Below the pieces are notes generated by a model that was not told the origin of the DNA, did not search any database, and worked only from the letters and a program-made list of their open reading frames with translations. The position numbers and the translations under genes are program-made. DNA of 32,000 bases from Candidatus Saccharimonadota bacterium (lineage in GTDB: Archaea > Nanobdellota > Nanobdellia > Pacearchaeales > GW2011-AR1), in the NCBI GenBank assembly GCA_017609205.1, contig JAFCEL010000001.1:1-32000 (forward strand), given 5' to 3'. Positions 8,698 through 16,735 of this stretch are shown here, one piece after another. How positions within the stretch are numbered: the first letter of the stretch is position 1; every line of letters starts with the position of its first letter.

Positions 8698-9030
8698 TCA
8701 ACATCCTGTAAGTTCTTTTAATTTGTCGATTGATTGAACACCTATTATCTTCTGTCCTGATATTTCCCATGTTGGTGTTCCTGTTATTCCATCACATTTT
8801 TCCCTTTCATAAAAACAGTCAATTACTCTGAGATATTTGTAGTTTTCTCCGAAGATTTTTTTCTGGTTTTCACAAGCATGACAACCTAATTGAGTATATA
8901 AAATAGAATTTTGTCCAATGCATTTTGCTGTTTGCTCGTCAGTATTTGAGACACGATTGTTCATAATTATTATTGCGATTATTATAACAAGCAGGATTAT
9001 TATTAGTGTTATTAATGGATTTCTTTTCAT
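8698..9030 (-). CDS. Membrane-anchored thioredoxin-like protein (CxxC)
   Basis: The track start at 9045 is TTG. I prefer the ATG at 9030 (MKRNPLITLIIILLV..) because a TTTAAAAA box lies about 25 nt upstream. One N-terminal TM helix, then LGCHACENQKKIFG ... GITGTPTWEI, resembling the Trx-like domain fused to VKOR homologues. Confidence 0.6.
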   Translation of the reverse strand: MKRNPLITLIIILLVIIIAIIIMNNRVSNTDEQTAKCIGQNSILYTQLGCHACENQKKIFGENYKYLRVIDCFYEREKCDGITGTPTWEISGQKIIGVQSIDKLKELTGC

Positions 9031-9089
9031 AAACAAAATAATCAAATATTTTTTTAAATGTTTGGGAGAAACTAGTTACGTGTTTGGAT

Positions 9090-9380
9090 TTAATAGTCAG
9101 GAATGTTGTCTTTGGAATCATCGAGGGTTTTTTGCTCTTTTGGGACTTCTTCTGTTTCTGATTCTTCTTGCATATCACTTAGGGGGATTGAATTGATCAT
9201 CTCTCGGAATTTTACAAAATCTGATGCTAAAATTCTCACTCCTGCTTTTGTAAATCCAGTATATCTATCACTTGTCACAAATTCTCTAATTGTTAATCCT
9301 CTTTTGCCTCCGAAATCATCGATTCTTATTATAATATCTGAGGTGTCGTTCTTTTTTATTTTTCCAATGTCCTTTTCCAT
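9090..9380 (-). CDS. PC4/p15-like ssDNA-binding protein (tentative)
   Basis: IIIRIDDFGGKRGLTIREFV...FTKAGVRILASDFVKFREMI follows the PC4-family pattern (x-F-x-G-K-x-hh-x-IRE ... KGI-x-L ... F..L). Acidic C-terminal tail. Confidence 0.45.
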   Translation of the reverse strand: MEKDIGKIKKNDTSDIIIRIDDFGGKRGLTIREFVTSDRYTGFTKAGVRILASDFVKFREMINSIPLSDMQEESETEEVPKEQKTLDDSKDNIPDY

Positions 9381-9447
9381 GTCTCTAAAAGAAAAAGAGG
9401 TTTTTAAGATTTTGGGATTAGGAGTATGAATAAATAAGATTGAATAT

Positions 9448-9756
9448 TCAATCTTTCATTTCAATTTTGATATTAACATTCTTTGGGATTTGCAGCCGCA
9501 TAATATTGTGGAGGACTCTTTCGTTTGCAGGTAAGTCTATTAATCTTTTGTGAATTCGCATTTCATACCTGTCAAAAGTTGCTGTACCGTCGCCACAAGG
9601 GGATTTTCTAGTTGTAACTTTTAATCTTTTTGTTGGGAGTGGAACAGGTCCGCTTATTGTTATTCCTGATTTTTTTGCGATTTCTTTAATAGTTCCACAA
9701 ATATTGTTGAGCATTTCTATATCTGTGCTGTTAAGTTTGATTCTAACTTTGGGCAT
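9448..9756 (-). CDS. rps10: 30S ribosomal protein S10 (uS10)
   Basis: 102 aa. RIKL..., GPVPLPTKRL, FDRYEMRIHKRLIDL are typical uS10 motifs. Confidence 0.9.
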   Translation of the reverse strand: MPKVRIKLNSTDIEMLNNICGTIKEIAKKSGITISGPVPLPTKRLKVTTRKSPCGDGTATFDRYEMRIHKRLIDLPANERVLHNIMRLQIPKNVNIKIEMKD

Positions 9757-9859
9757 TTTGGATATTCTGATTTATATTTTATTTAACATAAATAAAATCG
9801 TTGATTAGTTTAAAAACCTTTTTATATACTTTATTCTTTAATTACAAAAAGGTGATATT

Positions 9860-11578
9860 ATGGAGATATTTATTCAATTAGCAATGATTCTTTTATTGGC
9901 TTTTGTAGTATCATTTATAATAAATTTGTTCAGACAACCAATTGTTATTGGCTATATTATTGCAGGAATTGTTGCTGCGTGTATCATTGAATCTGGTTAT
10001 TTTGATATTGGCTTTTCGTCAGACATCATTCACGCTTTCTCACAATTTGGAATCGCATTTCTGCTTTTTATCGTCGGGTTGCATTTAAATCCAAAGGTTA
10101 TAAAAGAAATTGGAGCATCTTCTTTGATTATTGGAATGGGTCAGATGGTTCTGACTTTTGTTGTTGGTTTTTTTGTTTCTTATTCTATTCTTGGTTATGG
10201 GGCTGTAACTTCTTGCTATATTGGTATTGCCTTAATGTTCAGTAGCACAATTATTGTAATGAAACTTTTGTCTGATAAAAGGCAGTTAGATTCTCTTTAT
10301 GGAAAAATTGCTATTGGTGTTCTTATAATCCAAGATATTGTTGCTGTTGCTGTATTGATGTTTATCTCTTCGATAAGAAATGATATTAATGTTCTCTCTT
10401 TTGCATTAAAGAGTATTCTTGGGATTGGTTCTTTGATTGGAATTTTATTTTTGTTTGGGTATTTTGTACTCCCTCGTATAATAAGAAGTATAGCCCGTTC
10501 TCAGGAACTTTTGTTTTTATTTTCAATTTTTTGGTGTTTCCTTATCTCTGCATTGTTTGAGTTTCTTGGATTCTCAATTGAAATAGGAGCACTTGTTGCA
10601 GGTGTTGTTCTCTCTATTTGCCCTTATAGTACAGAAATAAGTTCTAAGATAAGGCCTCTTAGGGACTTTTTCTTGATTATCTTTTTTATAATACTTGGAT
10701 TAAATATTAATCTTTCAAATTTGCAGGAGATATTTTTTAATGCCTTGATTTTGTCTTCAGTTGTTCTTCTGCTCAAGCCAATTATTTTTATGGGTCTTAT
10801 GGCTTTTTTCGGATATACAAAGAGAAATAATTTTATGCTTGGGACAACTCTTGCTCAGATTTCTGAGTTCTCTCTTATTGTTCTTGCACTAGGGGTTGCT
10901 TCAGGGCATATTGATATAAAGATTTTGTCGACACTTACTTTGACAGGGGTTATTACAATTACAATCTCGACTTATATGATAATCTACTCGAATGAATTTT
11001 ATTTGAAGATGAAAGAGATGGTTTCTGTCTTTGAGAAAAAACGAATAAAAAAATCAAGAAAGATAAAGAAGAGTTATGATGCTTTGTTGTTTGGTTATAA
11101 TAGAATTGGTTTTAGTATCTTAAGGTCTCTCAGGAAAATAAATAAGGATTATCTTGTTATTGATTTTAATCCTGATACTATTGCTAATCTTAATAGGTTT
11201 AAGGTTCCTTGTTTGTATGGCGATGTTTATGATATAGAGTTGCTGAATGAACTGCCGTTGGACAAAATTAAAATCGCTGTCTCAACGATTCCTGATTTTG
11301 AGACAAATTTTCTTTTGATAGAATCTATAAGATTGGTAAATCCAAAGGCGATTATAATTGTAAGGGCTCATCAGATAGAGGATGCATTAAAACTTTATAA
11401 GAAAGGTGCAAGTTATGTTCTTACTCCTCATTTCTTGGGTGGGGAATATGTTGCGAAAATGATTGAGCTTGATAAAATTGATTATAAGAAATACAACGAA
11501 GAAAAAAATAAACATATTAAGACTCTTATAAAGATGTTTAAGGAAGGGCATAAACATCCTGAGGTTGAAAGAAATTAG
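9860..11578 (+). CDS. CPA2-family cation:proton antiporter (Kef-type) with C-terminal RCK/TrkA-N domain
   Basis: About 380 aa of multi-TM Na+/H+ exchanger-like sequence, then a cytosolic Rossmann-like domain (ALLFGYNRIGFSILRSL...VIDFNPD). GGTGA SD-like element at 9851-9855 and a TTTTTATATA box at about 9820-9829. Confidence 0.8.
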   Translation: MEIFIQLAMILLLAFVVSFIINLFRQPIVIGYIIAGIVAACIIESGYFDIGFSSDIIHAFSQFGIAFLLFIVGLHLNPKVIKEIGASSLIIGMGQMVLTFVVGFFVSYSILGYGAVTSCYIGIALMFSSTIIVMKLLSDKRQLDSLYGKIAIGVLIIQDIVAVAVLMFISSIRNDINVLSFALKSILGIGSLIGILFLFGYFVLPRIIRSIARSQELLFLFSIFWCFLISALFEFLGFSIEIGALVAGVVLSICPYSTEISSKIRPLRDFFLIIFFIILGLNINLSNLQEIFFNALILSSVVLLLKPIIFMGLMAFFGYTKRNNFMLGTTLAQISEFSLIVLALGVASGHIDIKILSTLTLTGVITITISTYMIIYSNEFYLKMKEMVSVFEKKRIKKSRKIKKSYDALLFGYNRIGFSILRSLRKINKDYLVIDFNPDTIANLNRFKVPCLYGDVYDIELLNELPLDKIKIAVSTIPDFETNFLLIESIRLVNPKAIIIVRAHQIEDALKLYKKGASYVLTPHFLGGEYVAKMIELDKIDYKKYNEEKNKHIKTLIKMFKEGHKHPEVERN

Positions 11579-12246
11579 TCCTCTTCTTCTTTTTTTATTT
11601 GAATCTCTTCGATTCCAAATATAGAAAATATTAAGTCAAATAACCTTAAAATTACTTCAAGAATTATTATAAATAAGAGATATATTTCTATTTGGTTTAT
11701 AATTCCTGGAATTTGGTTAAAATGTGTGATAATTCTTTGAAAGTACTTTGCCTCTGAGAGAGCTATTGGATTCAGAACAATTGTTGCTAAAAGCATTAAT
11801 GGCAATATCTTTGCGATTTCCTGCGAGAGCCCTTCTTTATAATATGCAATCATCCTGATTGCTGCGATAATTGTTGAGGATATAATTAGAATTTGAATTG
11901 TATTTTCATTAGGGGACAGGATTATAAGGAATAATGTGAATACTCCAAAAACAACGAGGATAACGAAAGGGATTATTATTATATGTTCTATAAAATACAA
12001 GCCACCTGTTATTAACTTCTCATAAAATGGGCTAGATGCTTTATTATACTGATTTAAGTCAAGTCCAAGAGGATTTTTTCTTGAGATAAATCTGTAACCA
12101 TGCCATACGATTATGGAGTAGATAACTACAAGCATTACGAGGATTAAAAAGTTCACGAAGCTTCCAATAAATGGCGGGAAGAATCCAATGAAATTATCGT
12201 AGAATCTTATCAACTCTTTTCCAATTTCTATTATTCCTTCATTCAT
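11575..12246 (-). CDS. Integral membrane protein, unknown function
   Basis: 223-aa ATG ORF with 5-6 hydrophobic helices and an acidic C-terminus (KKEEED). Confidence 0.5.
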   Translation of the reverse strand: MNEGIIEIGKELIRFYDNFIGFFPPFIGSFVNFLILVMLVVIYSIIVWHGYRFISRKNPLGLDLNQYNKASSPFYEKLITGGLYFIEHIIIIPFVILVVFGVFTLFLIILSPNENTIQILIISSTIIAAIRMIAYYKEGLSQEIAKILPLMLLATIVLNPIALSEAKYFQRIITHFNQIPGIINQIEIYLLFIIILEVILRLFDLIFSIFGIEEIQIKKEEED

Positions 12247-12315
12247 TAATTAAAGAGAGAATAATATTTTTAAACATTTAGATAAACTTTAAATAATTGT
12301 CTTTTTTGTTTTTAT

Positions 12316-13605
12316 ATGCTTGATATAAAATTTATTAAAGAAAATGTTGAATTAGTAAAGGAGAATATCCGAAAAAAATTCCAAGAGGAGAAATTGCCTC
12401 TTGTTGACAGGGTTCTTAAACTTGATGAACAATGGAGAAAATTAAAGTTTGAAGAGGATAAACTTCGAAGCGAAAGGAATAAGATTTCTAAGAGAATCAA
12501 TGAATTGAAGAAATCTGGAAAAAAAGCAGACAAAGAATTAAAAGAAGCAAAAGCAATTCCTGTGAAAATATCCAAGTTAGAGGAAAAGAGAAGAAGATTG
12601 GAGAAAGAAATAAGAGAAGTTCTTATGAAAATCCCGAATATAATTCACGAATCTGTGCCTATTGGAAAAGATGATTCTGAGAATGTTGAGATTGAAAAAA
12701 TTGGAAAACCTGTGATTCCGGATTATGAGATTCTTCATCATGCTGAATTAGCTGAAAGACTTGGCGGATTGGATTTGGATTCTGCAAGAGAGACTTCAGG
12801 ACACGGGTTTTATTATTTGATTGATAAGCTTGCAGTTTTGCATTCTGCAATGTTGTCTTTTGCAAGAGATTATATGATAAGTAAGGGTTTTCAGTATGTA
12901 ATCCCTCCTTTTATGATAAGAGGCAAGGTTGTCGAGGGTGTTATGAGTTTTGAAGAGATGGATGCAATGATGTATAAGATTGAAGGAGAGGATTTATATT
13001 TGATTGGGACATCAGAACATTCGATGATTGGGAGGTTTATTAATAAGATAATTAAGAGCAAGGATTTACCTATCACTCTTACAAGTTATTCACCTTGTTT
13101 TAGGAAAGAAGTTGGTGCTCATGGAATTGAGGAAAAGGGGTTATATCGGTTACATCAATTTGAGAAGCAGGAGATGATTGTTATTTGTGACCCCGAGGAT
13201 TCTTACAAGTGGTATGATAAAATGCTTAATTATACAGTTGATGTTTTCAGGCAGTTGGACATTCCTGTCAGGAAACTTGAAATCTGCTCTGGTGATTTGG
13301 CGGATTTAAAAACCAAATCTGCTGATGTTGAGGGTTGGTCCCCTCGCCAAAAAAAATATTTTGAGCTTGGTTCTTGTTCAAATCTTACAGATGCGCAGGC
13401 AAGAAGATTAAATATAAAGATTGATAATGGGAGAGAAAAATATTTTGCACACACACTTAATAATACTGTGCTTGCATCTCCAAGAGCTTTGATTGCTTTA
13501 TTGGAAAATAACCAGCAAAGAGATGGTTCAATAAAGGTTCCTAAGGTTTTATGGAAATATACTGGATTTAAAGAAATCAGAATTAAGGAAAATGGTAAAA
13601 AATAA
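12316..13605 (+). CDS. serS: Seryl-tRNA synthetase
   Basis: N-terminal coiled-coil arm (MLDIKFIKEN...), class II motifs (FRKE, GLYRLHQFEKQE, NNTVLASPRALIALLEN). 429 aa. Confidence 0.92.
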   Translation: MLDIKFIKENVELVKENIRKKFQEEKLPLVDRVLKLDEQWRKLKFEEDKLRSERNKISKRINELKKSGKKADKELKEAKAIPVKISKLEEKRRRLEKEIREVLMKIPNIIHESVPIGKDDSENVEIEKIGKPVIPDYEILHHAELAERLGGLDLDSARETSGHGFYYLIDKLAVLHSAMLSFARDYMISKGFQYVIPPFMIRGKVVEGVMSFEEMDAMMYKIEGEDLYLIGTSEHSMIGRFINKIIKSKDLPITLTSYSPCFRKEVGAHGIEEKGLYRLHQFEKQEMIVICDPEDSYKWYDKMLNYTVDVFRQLDIPVRKLEICSGDLADLKTKSADVEGWSPRQKKYFELGSCSNLTDAQARRLNIKIDNGREKYFAHTLNNTVLASPRALIALLENNQQRDGSIKVPKVLWKYTGFKEIRIKENGKK

Positions 13606-13819
13606 TCTTGATAAATATCTTATGTTAGATCTAAAGAGATTTTTGATAATTATGGGAAGTTGGTTGGTTTTTGTTATTCTTCCTAATTTATTCTTTGCTA
13701 TTTTTAATATTGAAGAAACTGTATTTTTTATCATTGCAGTTCTTCTTATACCTATTTATTTTTTTGTATCTTTTATCTATACTATTCTGAGAAAAATCTA
13801 TAAGAGAAGGTTTAATTGA
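13592..13819 (+). CDS. Small two-TM membrane protein (hypothetical)
   Basis: 75-aa ATG ORF overlapping the serS stop by 14 nt. Two clear hydrophobic helices and a basic C-terminus. Confidence 0.35.
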   Translation: MVKNNLDKYLMLDLKRFLIIMGSWLVFVILPNLFFAIFNIEETVFFIIAVLLIPIYFFVSFIYTILRKIYKRRFN

Positions 13820-13832
13820 TTTAAGAGAATTC

Positions 13833-15362
13833 TTAATTATAACTTTTGATTGCTCTTACAACAATATTGCATTCTGAAGGTGAAGGTTGATTTCCATATT
13901 TATCTTTGCATTTGATATAGAGTGTTGTGTCTGTATTCCAATCCATGAAATGGTTTGTATCGTCAATGCTTGTTATTTTATTTCCGTCGTCGAAAGGGTA
14001 ATTGCAATTAACAGTGTCATAAACGCATTGTGCTTCTTCATCTGTGATTAATTTGAGGTAAGACTCTTCATAGAAAGTTCTTGTGATGACTGGAGGCTCT
14101 GAATCTGATTCGACTTCAAAATAAGTTGTTTTGACATCTGAGTTCCCTCCAAGGTCAATGCATTTTATGTAGTATTCATAATCCCCTTCTGGAAGATACA
14201 AGTCCTGCGAGTGTGTGTGTGAATTTGTTGAGTAGAACATTATATAGCTTCCCTCATCCCCTGTAGTAGAATAATAACAAGTTGCCTGACCTTCGTTATA
14301 TCCTGCTGATGTTTCTGCTGTTAATGTAACTTTTACATTTTCTGTTGAGTCCTTGACTGTTCCGTTTGGGCCGACTTTGTCAATAACTAATGGACGTGTT
14401 CCTATTAGTTTGAACTCATATGACTCTGCATTTGTAATTCTATCGCTTTCTGGTTTTGTTGGCTGGTCCTTACATCTAAAGTAGAATAGATTTTCTTGCT
14501 CGTTTTTGATACCTGTTAGAGTTGTTGTACATTTGTAAAGCATTTGTGCATTCATTTCAAATATACTTGAGGAGCATTCCATTTTTTCTTCCATCTCGTC
14601 GTATTCTCTGTCTGTATGACTCCATTTGCACTCTGCTGGCTCGTTGATATAAACTTCTAAATTTGCTGATGTTTGATTATATCCTACTGGCATTCCATTA
14701 AGCAGATTTGTTGTTACTATTATAGGTGGTGTTGTGTCTGGTCCTTTTTCGACGCAATATCTAAAGACGAAATTTCCTTTATTGTAATTTCCGTTTGCGT
14801 CTTGGCATCTAACATAAAGTTCGTATTTTCCGTCGTTTTTTAGTGTGATATTCTGTTCTGAGTTTGGTCCTGGAAGGGCCATGACTTGTGTATGGTTGTA
14901 TTTTAATGTTGAGCTTCCACCAAAGAAGAAACTCATATCGTCGAAATTTTCTTTTCTTAAATAGTCAATCTTGCATTTTGCTGGTTCATTAAGTTTGATT
15001 CCGAAGGATAGTGGTTCAAATGCTTTTACGCATTCGCCTGATTCTCTTAAGATGTTTACCCCTTTGTCTGGAGGAGAGATTGTGTTGTCAGGAGAATATT
15101 TGTATCCGTCGCTGAGTGCCTCTTCTAAGGGGGTTATTATAGGGAATTCTACATCATTTTTATTTACCCAGACGCACTTTGCTTCATCTGTTCCGGGATT
15201 GACTAATTGACATGCCTGTCCTAAGCTTCTACATTGATATTCTGAACATGGCAGTTCTCCTTGCTGATTGCACTTCTCACAATTGCAGCTGCGATAACTC
15301 CAGCGCCTATTGATAATTGTTTTGCTGTGATTTTCCCGAATAAGTCCTTTTTCATCTCCCAT
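13833..15362 (-). CDS. Cysteine-rich modular (probably extracellular) protein with four repeats ending in a [YF]-x-[IVR]-[RK]-C-x-D motif
   Basis: 509-aa ORF. Recurrent module ends: YELYVRCQDANGN, FYFRCKDQPTKPE, YEYYIKCIDLGGN, LYIKCKDKYGN. There is no signal peptide at the annotated ATG. A GGAGG lies 3 nt upstream of that ATG. The start overlaps the upstream ORF by 142 nt. Confidence 0.6.
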   Translation of the reverse strand: MGDEKGLIRENHSKTIINRRWSYRSCNCEKCNQQGELPCSEYQCRSLGQACQLVNPGTDEAKCVWVNKNDVEFPIITPLEEALSDGYKYSPDNTISPPDKGVNILRESGECVKAFEPLSFGIKLNEPAKCKIDYLRKENFDDMSFFFGGSSTLKYNHTQVMALPGPNSEQNITLKNDGKYELYVRCQDANGNYNKGNFVFRYCVEKGPDTTPPIIVTTNLLNGMPVGYNQTSANLEVYINEPAECKWSHTDREYDEMEEKMECSSSIFEMNAQMLYKCTTTLTGIKNEQENLFYFRCKDQPTKPESDRITNAESYEFKLIGTRPLVIDKVGPNGTVKDSTENVKVTLTAETSAGYNEGQATCYYSTTGDEGSYIMFYSTNSHTHSQDLYLPEGDYEYYIKCIDLGGNSDVKTTYFEVESDSEPPVITRTFYEESYLKLITDEEAQCVYDTVNCNYPFDDGNKITSIDDTNHFMDWNTDTTLYIKCKDKYGNQPSPSECNIVVRAIKSYN

Positions 15363-15964
15363 ACTCCTCCTTTGCCAAACAAACTATAAACGCTTTTACC
15401 AACTAAAATTCCTGATGCAGCGCCTTTTGCAATAGCATTTAGCTTTGCGTCATCTTTGACAAAAAGCCCTCCAATTAATGTAATACCATAATAAATTCCT
15501 AATGCATGTGTAAAGCCTTCAATTATTCCAGAAGTAGAATACCCAAATCCAGATGCTCCACCTCCATCCTTTGCTGGAACATATTTCTTTAACCCACTAT
15601 CCCACTTATAACCTTTTGGAGCAGCAAAACCTTTATCAAAAACCCAATCAAAACCTTTTTGCGCACTTGTCGGTTCAACAGCTGATGTGGGGATGTTTCT
15701 TTGTAATGAGAATCTCATAGGATTTCCTTGTTGATCTGTAATCACATTTAGTTTTCCATCACCAAGAACATCTTTCGCTTTTTTATATGCTTCATCATAA
15801 TTCCTGCCAACAAACTCTCTAATCTGTCCATTTTTATTAAATTTGTAGATATAAAGATTTTCTGCACTTACTAATCTAACATTTTCTCCAATAATAAATG
15901 AAAAAGCAATGATCCCTAAAATTAAAATAAAGATTTGAAAAAATGATAATCCTCTTTTTTCCAT
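15221..15964 (-). CDS. Membrane protein with class III (type IV pilin-like) signal-peptide-like N-terminus
   Basis: MEKRG/LSFFQIFILILGIIAFSFIIG resembles archaeal prepilin signals ([KR]-G followed by a hydrophobic helix). Gly-rich hydrophobic C-terminal half. The 3' end overlaps the next ORF in the -1 frame. Confidence 0.5.
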   Translation of the reverse strand: MEKRGLSFFQIFILILGIIAFSFIIGENVRLVSAENLYIYKFNKNGQIREFVGRNYDEAYKKAKDVLGDGKLNVITDQQGNPMRFSLQRNIPTSAVEPTSAQKGFDWVFDKGFAAPKGYKWDSGLKKYVPAKDGGGASGFGYSTSGIIEGFTHALGIYYGITLIGGLFVKDDAKLNAIAKGAASGILVGKSVYSLFGKGGVWEMKKDLFGKITAKQLSIGAGVIAAAIVRSAISKENCHVQNINVEA

Positions 15965-16006
15965 AAAGAAGTTAAGAAAATCGATTTTATAAATATTTAG
16001 AATGAG

Positions 16007-16432
16007 TTAATATCCTTTTCCTATAAAATCTTTTGCAGGAGCAAGTGTGACTCCTTGTTCTTGATAATCTCTTCTCTGCTGTTCTTTTACTAATTCTCGA
16101 TCATGTTTTCTGTTTCCTAAATTATTCATCAGATTACCTAATGCTGCAGCTCCAGCTCTTTGGTTTGGTGTCCAGTTTGATTTAGGACTCATTGCACCAA
16201 ACTGGAACATTGTTCCCACGAGATCATATTCATTCATACCTGCACATCCCCCTAAAAGAATAATCCCACTAACTAATCCAACACCGACGATATTTCTAAA
16301 TTTTTTCTTAATAGAATAATAATCTTTTTTACCCTCGTAATCTGAAAAATTTGCAACAGAACACCCTAAGTCATCACCTCTGCTGGCTTGTTTTGACCAG
16401 CTTCCCGCTAAAATTCGGGAAAGATTTTTCAT
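16007..16432 (-). CDS. Hypothetical single-pass membrane protein
   Basis: The track start at 16480 is GTG and its first 16 codons look like promoter sequence. I prefer the ATG at 16432 (MKNLSRILAG...), with a TTTAAATA box on the minus strand about 35 nt upstream. TM segment IVGVGLVSGIILLGGCAG. Confidence 0.45.
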   Translation of the reverse strand: MKNLSRILAGSWSKQASRGDDLGCSVANFSDYEGKKDYYSIKKKFRNIVGVGLVSGIILLGGCAGMNEYDLVGTMFQFGAMSPKSNWTPNQRAGAAALGNLMNNLGNRKHDRELVKEQQRRDYQEQGVTLAPAKDFIGKGY

Positions 16433-16508
16433 TTGAGGTAAAATATATAAGATAAAAGAGTATTTAAATTTTACTATCACTTGAAAGTAGCACTGTAATG
16501 CAATAAAA

Positions 16509-16516
16509 TTTAAATA
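16509..16516 (+). promoter_or_regulatory. TATA-like box (TTTAAATA) for the peptide/radical-SAM operon
   Basis: TTTAAATA ends 21 nt upstream of the ATG at 16538. This is consistent with a leaderless or near-leaderless archaeal transcript beginning at the small ORF. Confidence 0.3.
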
Positions 16517-16537
16517 GTATAAATTAATACCATCTTT

Positions 16538-16711
16538 ATGGTAGATGACTTAGAAAAAAAGTTTATCGGACCAGGAACTGCAGGAATTGCCCAACGGATT
16601 CCTTTGATAGATGAATATGAAATAGATAAATCTGTAACAAAAGAGGGAGAATATAAATTGAGTGTTCTAGAGTATAATAGAGTTATGCCCTGCAGTCATA
16701 ACCAATATTAG
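16538..16711 (+). CDS. 57-aa small ORF, candidate RiPP precursor peptide A (not in the ORF track)
   Basis: My own translation: MVDDLEKKFIGPGTAGIAQRIPLIDEYEIDKSVTKEGEYKLSVLEYNRVMPCSHNQY*. It ends 24 nt upstream of the radical SAM gene, is GC-richer than the flanking intergenic DNA, and has an acidic middle region with a single Cys and a terminal Tyr at the C-terminus. Confidence 0.4.
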   Translation: MVDDLEKKFIGPGTAGIAQRIPLIDEYEIDKSVTKEGEYKLSVLEYNRVMPCSHNQY

Positions 16712-16735
16712 AAAAATTGGCCCAATTGTTAAAAA

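Noticed and set aside
9448-9756. uS10 located about 20 kb from, and on the opposite strand to, the rps12-rps7-EF2 cluster, rather than downstream of EF-1alpha as in many archaea
   Set aside because: The region downstream of EF-2 lies outside the window, so a second copy or the true operon arrangement cannot be assessed. Gene-order scrambling of this kind is common in reduced genomes.
14211-14221. (GT)5 dinucleotide run, plus G7/C6 homopolymers (about 7344-7350, 20161-20166, 31306-31312), considered as slippage or phase-variation sites
   Set aside because: All are in frame within intact ORFs, except the C6 in the already disrupted NUDIX gene, and all are short. There is no evidence of variation from a single sequence.
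16715-16727. Inverted repeat AATTGG-C-CCAATT between peptide A and the radical SAM gene, considered as an attenuator hairpin controlling precursor:enzyme stoichiometry
   Set aside because: The loop is too small, leaving an effective stem of 5 bp or less. No following T-tract distinguishes it from the background.
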